A stretch of 64,000 nt of DNA from Calditrichia bacterium (GTDB lineage: Bacteria; Calditrichota; Calditrichia; JAJRVZ01): assembly GCA_963796965.1 (NCBI GenBank), contig CAWCNS010000004.1, positions 544,001 through 608,000 of the forward strand, given 5' to 3'. Below, piece after piece: positions 45,895 through 55,900 of the stretch. Each line of letters opens with the position of its first letter. Position 1 is the stretch's first letter. Both the position numbers and the translations under genes were made by a program. The notes under the pieces were generated by a model, which saw nothing but the letters and a program-made list of their open reading frames with translations, did not search any database and was not told the origin of the DNA.

Positions 45895-46492
45895 ATGAAT
45901 GACAGAGTGGATAGATTCCAGCAAAAATACCGAATACCATCAGCCCGTGCATCCTGCTGGAATTATGCTAACGCTGGTCTATATTTTATTACAATCTGTA
46001 CAGTTAGACGCGAACAATTGTTTGGAAAAATAAAAAACCGGAAAATGTATTTATCACCCATCGGAGAAATCGTACAACAGGAATGGGATAGATCATTTGA
46101 AATTCGCACAGAATTATTTCATGACGCGTTTGTCATTATGCCCAACCATATTCACGCCATTTTACGGATTGAAAACGGGTTGACGGCCCGTAGACGCACG
46201 GCCGTGCGTCTTACAGGGCCGTGCGTCTCTACAATCATCCATACAACCACCATCCAAAATTATAAATTATGGCGTTGCGTTTCGTCCGCCCAAATCCATA
46301 TCATCATTCGTTGCCGGTTTTAAATCCGTTGCGACAAAACGAATAAATGAATTCCGGAACACCCCCAAAACATCGGTCTGGCAAACCCGTTTTCATGACC
46401 ATATCATCCGAAAGGAGATTGAATATCAAAAAATCTGTAATTACATTAAAAATAATCCAGGCAACTGGGATGAGGATCAATTATTAAAATAG
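45895..46492 (+). mobile_element. REP-associated tyrosine transposase (RAYT, Y1/HUH); apparent +1 frameshift at the internal REP
   Basis: RIPSARASCWNY..GLYFITICT..R..LFG and HUH motif VIMPNHIHAIL. The shifted frame gives PKSISSFVAGFKS..TKRIN..VWQTRFHDHIIR..YIKNNP..W, with TAG at 46490-46492. Confidence 0.9.
46190..46232. repeat. GTAG-type REP palindrome inside the RAYT gene
   Basis: gtagacgcacggccgtgcgtcttac (46190-46214) followed by the half-copy ggccgtgcgtctctac (46217-46232). Confidence 0.85.
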
Positions 46493-46520
46493 AGAATAAT
46501 TCTGAATGAGAGGATATCAT

Positions 46521-48332
46521 ATGAATTTCAAAATTCTTCATGTTTTCATCTTTATGATAATTTTTCTGTGTTTATTTTTGAGTCACAGTTTAATTGCACA
46601 AAATGCAGATTTTATACAAAAAAAGTCTCCTATTCGTATAACTTTAGCAAAGCCAAATTTTGCGACCTTAACAAACAAACTACATAATGGAAATAGAATA
46701 GGCTATCGTTTTCATGAACATGAACCGATATCCTATGGAAACGTACCATTGTCAAATATAGATGCCATTATCGATGTCGAGAAAATTGCTAAAATAGAGA
46801 ATGCATTTAAAAATTCGGAAGCTGTTTTTATCTACAAACATGAAATAGAAAAAAACAAATCCTGGGCCAAACAGGATTGGACCTATTATATGAAACCTGT
46901 TCACGATGGTATTGAGATTGTATGGATCATAGACACGTATAATGAAGGATTACCTGAGTATTATGGTGTGCAGCAGTGTTTTCGTATGAGTGGGGAGACA
47001 AACGCGGAATGGCGCAAGGAAATAGCCCGTACACCTGCTTTTAGCGAATATGATCTGTGGAATAACGAGGAGATCAAATCGCAAAAGAAAAGTCTTACCT
47101 ATGTTCTGCGTGATAGTGATTGGCAGGTAATACCGGCCGATGAGAAAACGATGGGGGCGAGAACGCCACAGGGCCTGGCAATTGATTATTTACGGACCAA
47201 CGATAATCCTATGTCAGAAGTTGGCCCCTATAAAGCGACGATGCTGGATCCCGCCGATAATGGGTTAATCACCCGCACCAATCTAGCAGGATCGTGGGTA
47301 TGCGGTATTTATTGGCAAAACACCTCTCATGTAACGAACCATCATCCTGCTGATTGTCTTCACTCTATTGTAAACATAGGAAATATTCCTCCCTTCTCAA
47401 AAAGAGCGATAGTTGGCAAAATATATTGGTTTGAAGGGAACAAGGATAGTCTTTACAATCATTACAAAAAGGATTTTCTTGAGGAAACCATTAAGAATAA
47501 GTTGGTTATTGCATCATGCCAGTTTCCGGTTACCGGGGATATCGTATTAAATGCAAATTGGATTCTGAATCAGATGAGGATAGCAAAAATTCGTGGTGCT
47601 GATTTAGTGCATTTCCCGGAATGTGCCTTATCCGGCTATGGTGGAGCTGACGTCACGGATTTTGATACATATGATTGGGATATATTAAAAATCAAAACAG
47701 AATCTATTTTGGCGTTGGCAAAGGAATTAAAACTATGGGTCATTCTGGGCAGCTCTCATAAATTAAGTGATGGTCATAAACCTCATAATTCATTGTACCT
47801 CATAAATCCGGAAGGTAAGATTATCGATCGGTATGATAAACGGTTTTGTACAAAGGGCGACTTAAAATATTATACACCCGGTGATCATTTTGTGGAATTT
47901 GAAGTAAATAAGGTGAAATGCGGATTGTTAATCTGTTATGATATTCGATTTCCGGAGCTTTATCGGAAATATTGTAAATTAGGCGTGGATGTTATTTTTC
48001 AATCATTTTACAATGCCCGTCATAAAGAAAACTGCATCCATCCCAAAATAATGCCGGTTACAGCTCAGGCGAGAGCTGCCTCAAATTCTTTTTATATATC
48101 ATTAACAAATTCATCTGCTCCTTACAGTTGGCCATGTTATTTTATAACACCGGATGGACTAATTGTAAATAAATTGCCGGCGAATCATGCTGGCATTTTA
48201 ATCTCCCAAATAGATCTTTCGAAAAAATACAATGATGCCAGTAAACCGTTCAGATTGGATGCCATTAATGGCAAATTAAACAGTGGTGATGTTATAAACG
48301 ACTCACGATCGCTTGATCGAAAAAGTTATTAA
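46521..48332 (+). CDS. Secreted protein: unknown N-terminal domain fused to a carbon-nitrogen hydrolase (nitrilase family) domain
   Basis: RBS GAGGA before ATG 46521 and a signal peptide. E-K-C triad in HFPEC, YDKRF and ICYDIRFPE. Confidence 0.85.
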   Translation: MNFKILHVFIFMIIFLCLFLSHSLIAQNADFIQKKSPIRITLAKPNFATLTNKLHNGNRIGYRFHEHEPISYGNVPLSNIDAIIDVEKIAKIENAFKNSEAVFIYKHEIEKNKSWAKQDWTYYMKPVHDGIEIVWIIDTYNEGLPEYYGVQQCFRMSGETNAEWRKEIARTPAFSEYDLWNNEEIKSQKKSLTYVLRDSDWQVIPADEKTMGARTPQGLAIDYLRTNDNPMSEVGPYKATMLDPADNGLITRTNLAGSWVCGIYWQNTSHVTNHHPADCLHSIVNIGNIPPFSKRAIVGKIYWFEGNKDSLYNHYKKDFLEETIKNKLVIASCQFPVTGDIVLNANWILNQMRIAKIRGADLVHFPECALSGYGGADVTDFDTYDWDILKIKTESILALAKELKLWVILGSSHKLSDGHKPHNSLYLINPEGKIIDRYDKRFCTKGDLKYYTPGDHFVEFEVNKVKCGLLICYDIRFPELYRKYCKLGVDVIFQSFYNARHKENCIHPKIMPVTAQARAASNSFYISLTNSSAPYSWPCYFITPDGLIVNKLPANHAGILISQIDLSKKYNDASKPFRLDAINGKLNSGDVINDSRSLDRKSY

Positions 48333-48344
48333 TATAGAAAATTC

Positions 48345-48373
48345 ATCTCTCGCAGAGGCGCCAAGTCGCAAAG
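48345..48373. repeat. Solo periodic left arm (CGCAAAG/CGCAGAG family)
   Basis: atctctcgcagaggcgccaagtcgcaaag, starting 13 nt after the stop of the nitrilase gene. Confidence 0.65.
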
Positions 48374-48639
48374 AAATAATAATTTATAAATCTTCAAGAG
48401 AAAGAGATTTAATAATATGTCAATACTCAAAAAGTGGACATAATTCATTTAAAATTAACCTATGTGTTGCCCCCCTCTGACAGTGGTAGGTCTTTGTGAG
48501 CAATTAATTTTCCAGGGTAAGAGGTACTGTGTGATATAACAAAATTTCCATCTTTCATTATGATGATATTTTGTGTCGTTGATAGAGTTAAACTTTCCAG
48601 GCAATATAATCTGATCTTAATTTAAGAAGGGATTTTACT

Positions 48640-49617
48640 ATGAAATTCAACCATTTGGTTTTTTCCTCATTTCTGATAATTTTTTTTGTTTTATCCTGTA
48701 CTGAAACACCATCAAAAAAGGAAAAAGAACGACCGCTTATCAAAAAAGTGGGTACGATCGATTGTGATCTGGTCGAAACCACACCTGTTGTGTTTAAGGG
48801 CAAATTATACCGCTTCGAATATGTACGTGAGAAATACAAACCCAATCAATCGGGAGACGCTTATCTACGGTTTATTGATCATGAAACAGGGCAACCAACA
48901 CCCGCCTTTGGCCATGGCTATCATTTGGGCAGTGCATTTGTTGACGGGGACATGGTTTATGTAACAGCAGTAGATATATGGAATGGGGAACGTGTCCAGA
49001 TGTTTGCTTCAAACGATATGAAAAACTGGAATGAATGGACGGTACTAAAACTTCCGGGTTATGGTATCTTCAATACTTCTATGTGTAAGGCCGATGACCG
49101 CTATGTTCTGATGTATGAATTGGGTAAGCCAAAGGATGAGGTGGGAGAAAGGTTTACAGCCCGTTTTGCCATTTCAAAAGATCTTCGACAATGGGATATT
49201 ACACCAATTGAATGTAATTATGCCAAAGACCGCTATACGGCTCCCCATTGTCTTCGTTATCTTGATGGATATTTCTATAATTTTTACCTGGAGGCGCTGA
49301 AACGTAATGAGATAAATCACTATGAAACCTATGTGGTTCGGTCAAAGGATTTGATTGCCTGGGAACCTAGCCCGCTAAACCCGGTGCTTAAGGCTTCTGA
49401 AGATGATAAGATCATTGCCAATTCCAAATTGAGTGAAAGCCAGAGAAGAGAAATCTCTTCTGCTGTCAACATAAATAATTCGGATATTGATTTTTGCGAA
49501 TTTAAGGGCAAAGTGATCATTAATTATTCCTGGGGTAATCAACGTGGTCTTGAATTCCTTGCTGAGGCCGTATATGAGGGCTCAGAAGAAGAGTTTATAC
49601 GTGGGTGGTTTCCATAA
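48640..49617 (+). CDS. Five-bladed beta-propeller glycoside-hydrolase-like lipoprotein (GH32/GH43/GH130-like fold)
   Basis: Lipobox VLSC. Motifs ETTPVVFKG, FAISKDLRQW, RSKDLIAWEPSPLNPVL, NNSDIDF and YSWGNQ. Confidence 0.65.
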   Translation: MKFNHLVFSSFLIIFFVLSCTETPSKKEKERPLIKKVGTIDCDLVETTPVVFKGKLYRFEYVREKYKPNQSGDAYLRFIDHETGQPTPAFGHGYHLGSAFVDGDMVYVTAVDIWNGERVQMFASNDMKNWNEWTVLKLPGYGIFNTSMCKADDRYVLMYELGKPKDEVGERFTARFAISKDLRQWDITPIECNYAKDRYTAPHCLRYLDGYFYNFYLEALKRNEINHYETYVVRSKDLIAWEPSPLNPVLKASEDDKIIANSKLSESQRREISSAVNINNSDIDFCEFKGKVIINYSWGNQRGLEFLAEAVYEGSEEEFIRGWFP

Positions 49618-49619
49618 AT

Positions 49620-49781
49620 TCAATTATCAATAACCAAGTATTTAGATTGATTGTGACGTGTGATAAATGAATAGTGAATAGTTATTTAACATAGAGTTCA
49701 CTGAGAACGCAGAGAAATAATTAGCCTAGCGCATGGAGCATAGCGGATAAAGAGTGTATGGCCATGCGCTAGGCGCTATGC
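49620..49781. repeat. Stacked intergenic elements: TCAATNN arms, a CAGAG-periodic left arm and a GCATAGC-periodic hairpin
   Basis: tcaattatcaata..tgaatagtgaata (49620-49680); aacatagagttcactgagaacgcagag (49688-49714); perfect 13-bp IR gcctagcgcatgg (49724-49736) / ccatgcgctaggc (49762-49774) plus gcatagcg/cgctatgc. Confidence 0.75.
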
Positions 49782-49821
49782 ATGTGTTTTTGCAAAGAAT
49801 ATCATTTGTGGGGATAATGCA

Positions 49822-51042
49822 ATGAACGAAAGAGGCCAACCGAATATCGAACATCCAATGACGGGTACAGGACATCTGCCGGAAGATCAGGTAATAAAAT
49901 TACGGGAGCATTATCGCACATCATTATTTGATGACATTGTACCATGGTGGGAAAAGCATTCTTTAGATCCGGAATTCGGAGGTTACCTAACCCGGCTTGA
50001 GCGAGATGGTAAAGCATATTCTAATGATAAAGACATGTGGATGACCGGTCGCCAAATCTGGATGTTCAGTCATCTGTATAACAATCATGAGAACAAAGAG
50101 GATTGGAAGGACATTGCCAAACTCGGTATAGATTTTATTCTTAAGCATGCATTTACGCCCGAAGGTAAGATGCATTTTCGCCTCAACAGGAAGGGCGGTC
50201 CACTTTCGAGTGTTTTAAGTCTTTATACCGAAGTGTTCACGGCCATCGCAATTGCTGAATATTGCCGTATTGAGTCAAATCCTTCTCTAAAAGAAAAGGC
50301 AATATCGATGTATGATCGCTTAATGATGCGATTGGGCCAACCAACCGATACACCAATGCTTGGATATCCCCTTAATGCTAAATTCCACTTGCACGCCCAC
50401 GACATGTGCCGGATCACAGTGGCATGGGTATATAATCAGATATGGCCTGAGCAACGGTTTGAAGATGATTTAAACCTTTCATGTGACTCCATCCTCCAAA
50501 AACACTGGAAACCGGACCGTGGTGTGCTTCTTGAAAATGTAGCCCCTGATGGTTCACCGATGCTTGATTTTCCTGAAGGAAGAATGTTTCATCCGGGCCA
50601 CGCCATTGAGAGTGCCTGGATGTTGATGGAAATAGTGAAGAAAAATAACAACCAAAAAATGTTTGATACAGCAATCGATATTGTTCTTGCATCATTGGAA
50701 TTTGGATGGGATACTGAGTATGGCGGACTCAGATATATAATGAATATTGATAAGACGCCCTGTCATAATCTTGAAGCAGATCTTAAACTTTGGTGGCCCC
50801 ATGGTGAAACGCTTTATGCCCTTCTTCTTGCCTGGGCATATAGTGGACGTGCAGATATTCGTGGTTGGTATGAAAAAGTTCATGATTATACATTTACTAA
50901 TTTCCCTGATCCTGAATTTGGTGAATGGTTTGGTTATCTGAATAGAGATGGCAGCCCCGTATGGACAGCAAAGGCTAATGGTTGGAAGGGTTTCTTTCAT
51001 CTTCCACGTACATTGTATCGCTGTTATCAATTGCTGGCCTGA
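49822..51042 (+). CDS. AGE family epimerase (N-acylglucosamine 2-epimerase-like), cytoplasmic
   Basis: WWEKHSLDPEFGGY, DKDMWMTGRQIW, PGHAIESAW, GWDTEYGG, KLWWPHGE, GEWFGYLNRDG and KGFFHLPR. Confidence 0.93.
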   Translation: MNERGQPNIEHPMTGTGHLPEDQVIKLREHYRTSLFDDIVPWWEKHSLDPEFGGYLTRLERDGKAYSNDKDMWMTGRQIWMFSHLYNNHENKEDWKDIAKLGIDFILKHAFTPEGKMHFRLNRKGGPLSSVLSLYTEVFTAIAIAEYCRIESNPSLKEKAISMYDRLMMRLGQPTDTPMLGYPLNAKFHLHAHDMCRITVAWVYNQIWPEQRFEDDLNLSCDSILQKHWKPDRGVLLENVAPDGSPMLDFPEGRMFHPGHAIESAWMLMEIVKKNNNQKMFDTAIDIVLASLEFGWDTEYGGLRYIMNIDKTPCHNLEADLKLWWPHGETLYALLLAWAYSGRADIRGWYEKVHDYTFTNFPDPEFGEWFGYLNRDGSPVWTAKANGWKGFFHLPRTLYRCYQLLA

Positions 51043-51078
51043 TCTATAGATATGTGGAAGACAATCAAAAAAATGAGC

Positions 51079-51192
51079 CCACGAATTACACAAATTTCCA
51101 CAAATTAAAAGATATATAAATTAAATCCGTGAAAATCGGTGCTATCCGCGTCATCCGCGTTCTATAAAATTCTTAGTGCCTTTGCGCGAGAT
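51079..51192. repeat. Mixed periodic arms (CACGAAT left arm; ATCCGCG and CTTTGCG right arms)
   Basis: ccacgaattacacaaatttccacaaatta (27/29 identical to 27308-27336); aatccgtgaaaatcggtgctatccgcgtcatccgcgttct (51124-51163); cttagtgcctttgcgcgagat (51172-51192). Confidence 0.8.
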
Positions 51193-51225
51193 TTTTTTAA
51201 ATTTTTACTACCTGAGAGGAATTTA

Positions 51226-52663
51226 GTGGAAATATCAAATTCAATTGAGATAAAATCATATCCTGAGAATCAGTCCGGCGAGGTTAAAAGTTATTTTTTA
51301 TTCCTGGTCTGTTTTGTGGCATCGCTGGGTGGTGTACTTTTCGGATTTGATACTGCTGTTATTTCAGGTACATTCAAGTTAGTGGAGATACAATTTACGC
51401 TCAGTAAATTGCAGGTAGGCTGGTTTGGAAGTTCTGCCCTCGTCGGAGCGATTTTGGGTGCTCTGATTGCTGGAACTCTTAGCGATCGATTTGGTCGCAA
51501 ACCGATTTTAATCCTGGCCGCCTGGTTGTTTTTCGTTTCTGCTCTTGGATCGTCAGTCCCACCAACATTTACTATTCTTATCGCCGCCCGGCTTCTGGGA
51601 GGCATCGGCGTGGGTATGGCCTCTGTTTTAGCACCCCTATACATTTCTGAATTCTCTCCACCCAACCTTCGCGGTCGATTAGTGGCATTATATCAATTAT
51701 CAATCGTTATCGGAATCCTGCTTGCTTATTTCTCTAATTGGTCCTTATCGAATTACTCCCAAATAAATCCTGCGCTTGATAGCACCGGATTTTTTAATTT
51801 GATCTTAGTCTCTGAGGTATGGAGAGCAATGTTTGGCGCGGAGATGATCCCAGCCAGTCTTTTTATTATCCTATTGTTTTTTGTTCCAGAAAGCCCCCGT
51901 TGGTTAATTAATTCTGGCAAGGAAAAAGAGGGATATCAGATTTTAAATCGAATTAGCGATGGAGATACGGCAAAGAGGCAACTGATCGAAATAAAAGATG
52001 CACTTAATCAGGAAGAAGGAAATATCCGCGAATTATTTAAACCAGGTTTACGATTAGCCCTGATCGTTGGGATCGGCTTATCATTTTTTGGACAGTTGAC
52101 CGGTGTCAATATTATTGTCTACTATGGCCCAACGATTCTTGAGAATGCAGGATATAAATTAGGAAGTTCTTTGCAATACCAGGTGGCGATCGGAGTCATT
52201 AATCTAATTTTCACCCTTATTGCGCTATGGAAAATCGACAAATGGGGGCGGCGGCCATTGTTGATTGGTGGTATGGGGACTGTTTTTATTTCTTTATTAA
52301 TCATTGCTATTCAATTTAGTCTCGGATCCGCATCCGGAATTTGGATTGTCATCATGTTATGTGTGTATATGGCCTGTCTTGCTCTTTCAATAAATGCCGT
52401 AATCTGGGTCTTGACGGGTGAGATATTCCCCAATCGAATCCGTGGACGTGCTATATCCATTGTAACCTTTTTTAATTGGGGTACCAATTTTATAACTGCT
52501 TTTCTATTTCCCTGGTATGTTGCACAAATTGGTATGAATATGGGATTTTTTACCTTTGCTGCTACAACCCTGATTGCAACACTCTTTTTTTTCAAATTTG
52601 TTCCTGAAACCAAAGGTAAAACCTTGGAAGAAGATTGAGAAATATTGGAAAAATAGAGGATAA
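51226..52663 (+). CDS. Sugar porter family MFS transporter (XylE/GalP-like); apparent +1 frameshift at ~52633
   Basis: RBS GAGGA and GTG 51226. Motifs LGGVLFGFDTAVISG, DRFGRK, PLYISE..P..RG, PESPRWL, DKWGRRP, EIFP..IRG and PETKGKTLEE/IEKYW. Confidence 0.93.
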
Positions 52664-52767
52664 GGTTAAAAATGTAAAACCTTCATGAAGGTAATCAACA
52701 ACCGGTTTCCAACATCTTTATTATAATATACGGGTAATAAACGTTGTAATTTTAACCAAAATTTTAT

Positions 52768-52848
52768 TGTCATCCCGGAAGAATCGTTCTCAAATGTGTT
52801 GACTATTTGCTACACGGTGGAAGATCCTGAAACAAGTTCAGGATGACA
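52768..52848. repeat. GTCATCCTGAAC-type inverted element
   Basis: Degenerate left tgtcatcc (52768-52775). Right agatcctgaaacaagttcaggatgaca (52822-52848), whose reverse complement is 25/27 identical to 41200-41226. Also the palindrome accttcatgaaggt at 52679-52692. Confidence 0.8.
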
Positions 52849-52920
52849 GTATGGAGAACTACATTATGGATGTTTACAGCAAAAGACATTGCATGAACTA
52901 GGAGAATAAGGCATTATTAA

Positions 52921-55900
52921 ATGAGAAAGTTAGGAAAATTCCCGGTAATCTATTGACATATCATGGTTACTTTAATCCTTTCTGATACCTGTCTTTGCTG
53001 AAAGTCCACCAATATCTTCGAGCCTGACTCTAATTCCACCATCTCCGGTAAGCGATAAAATTAATCTCTCTGTTCGTGGTGCTGTCAAAAATAAAAGCAG
53101 TTCTTCCATTACTGTCGAAGCAAAATTCTATCTTGATGAAAAAACGGAGTCTTCATTATTATATCAGGAAAAAATAGAAATAGCGGCAAATACAGCCCAG
53201 GGGCTCTATTTTGATTGGCCGACAACAAGTCATGTGGGGGAGCATCAGATTATTTTATCTGTTGAGTCCAAAGATGGTAATAAATCAATGGTACAACCTT
53301 TGACAATATACCAGAGTGACCAACGATCTACAGCAATGATAAACGGTGCCTGGAGTGGCTTTTATATGTGGGGCAATGAAGGTATGCTGTGGATGGAGGA
53401 GTTGGTCAAAATGACCGATACGCAATGGCGTGAAATGTTGCGTGCAATGAATGAAATTGGTATGAATATCATTGTCATCCAGGAGGTGTTTAGAAACCAG
53501 GAATATGTTGATGCACATGACATGGAAAAAGAAGGATATAAAGGTAAAGCTTTTTATCCATCGGAATTATTTCCGGGAAGAATGAATATTACCTCGAAAG
53601 ATCCTTTGGAAGCAGTCCTGTCCGCTGCCGATGACTATGGCATGCATGTATTTGTCCCAGTTGGTATCTATGCCTGGTTTGACTATTCAGAAGGCTCCTT
53701 GCTTTGGCATAAGAAAGTTGCCTCAGAATTATGGGAAAGGTATGGCCATCATCCCTCATTCTATGGTTGGTATATTTCAGAAGAAATTCATGGTTGGCTT
53801 TCACCGGAGAAGGATGATAAAGCAATCCAAATGAGACATCATGAAGAAATTGTACACTTTTTCAAAGAGTTTCGAACCCATGTCCGTGTTTTGGCACCAG
53901 ATAAACCAGTAATGCTTGCTTCGAACAGTCATTATGTTGATAAGGCATTAGATATCTATCCGAAACTATTAGAACACCTGGATATTTTATGCCCTTTCGG
54001 ATTTCATCGCCCTCCGGATGATGATATGGTTGGTGAGGAAGCGGCCGCTATACTGCAAAAATTATGCGATGATGCCGGCACACATTTCTGGATGGATTTG
54101 GAAACATTCCTTTTTGGTGAACATGGGGAGCTCTATCCACGCCCTGTTGACGGCTTGATCAGCGATCTGACCCGTTTCCCGAATTTTGAGAAAATACTCT
54201 GTTTCCAGTTCTCCGGTCTTATGAATGCTCCCTGGATGTCCCGCAAACCCGGTGGCGAGGCTACAGTAAAATTATATCGGGATTATAAACAGTATTATGA
54301 CAATATAAAGGTGCATTATGAACGTAATCAAATGGTTTCTCAGACCGATATTCCCGTCTATAAAAATCCGGCCTTGCCGACTGAAATGAGAGTAAATGAT
54401 CTGCTCTCTCGTATGACTCTTTCCGAAAAAGTTGATCTGGTAAGTGGAGAAGGCTTTATGACTAAAGGAAATATCCGGCTGGGATTACCGCGAATTGTTA
54501 TGACCGATGGTCCCCTTGGTCCTAATGGCAAGGGAAGGGCAACAAACTATTCAGCAAGTATTAATATGGCCGCGACCTGGGATACACTATTGATAAATAG
54601 GGTTGGCGTCTCAATGGGTCAGGAAACAAGGGCCTTGGGTTATAATATGCTGCTCGGTCCTTGTGTGAATATTGCACGGGTTCCTCACGGTGGTAGAACA
54701 TTTGAGAGTTTTGGCGAAGATCCATATCTCATGTCTCGTATGGCGGTTGCCTATATAAAAGGTGTCCAGAGTCAACGTGTCATTTCTTGTGTAAAACACT
54801 TTGCCGTAAATAATCAGGAATGGAATCGTGGCGTCGTAGATGTGACTGTCGATGAGCGTACATTGCGGGAGATTTATTTTCCGGCATTTAAGGCTGCCGT
54901 ACAGGAGGCGGGCGTATGGTCGGTAATGAGTGCCTATAATAAATTCCGTGGAGATTATTGTGGCTCCAGTAAATACTTATTAACTGATATTTTGAAGGAT
55001 GAATGGGGATTTTCTGGCTTTGTTGTATCCGATTGGGGCGGTATCCATAATACCCTCAAAACAGCCCATGCTGGTCTCGATCTGGAAATGCCTGACGGCC
55101 AGTACCTTGGTGAGGACCTGACCAATGCTCTTGATAGCGGACAGGTCTCCGAGAAAAATGTAGATAATATGGTGCGCCGCCTGACACATGCCATGTTCGA
55201 AACAGGATTGTATGATGAGACGGTTGCAACCTATGGTGGATTGTCTGATACAGAAGAACGTCGAGAGTTGGCTCTGGAAGTGGCAAGGAAAAGCATTGTA
55301 CTGCTGAAAAATGAAAAAAAATTATTACCATTAGATAAAAATAAAGTCAAGTCAATCGCTGTCCTTGGTCCAAATGCAGAGGAAGCACGCATGTTTGGCG
55401 GAGGCAGCGGCTACCTGAATGCGCACTATTCGATACCGCCCCTGAGGGGTATAAAAGAAAAACTCGGAGATAACGTTCAAGTAAAATTTGTAAAAGGAGG
55501 AAGGTTAAAACGACTTTCCCTACCAGCAATAGATTCAAATTTTCTCATCCCATCAGGTGGAGAGAAAGGTGATCATGGTTTACTCGGTGAATATTTCAAT
55601 AACCGTGAACTGGAGGGTGAACCGGTATTAACAAGAATTGACGAACAGGTGGATTTTAGTTGGGATGAGGCTTCTCCCGCTCCTGGTGTCGTCAATCAGG
55701 ATCTTTTTTCTGCCAGATGGACAGGTACTTTCATTTCACCGGGGAGCGGTATCTATGAATTAGGGGTCATGAGCGATAATGGCTGCCGGCTGTATCTGGA
55801 TGAAAAGCTTGCCATTGATTCCTGGATTGTTGATAAGGCCAGTTCATTAAGATCCCTCTATGTAGAACTTGAAGAAAACCGGCACTATGCTATACGTGTG

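Noticed and set aside
51139..51225. N-terminal extension of the MFS transporter in the ORF track
   Set aside because: It is encoded by repeat arms (LSASSAF..LSAFAR). A better RBS and GTG lie at 51226.
52921..52990. TGA recoding (Trp/Sec) suggested by in-frame TGA at 52954 and 33332
   Set aside because: TGG is abundant and many genes clearly end at TGA (8522, 22296, 28796, 39414, 51042). Isolated substitutions or errors are more likely.
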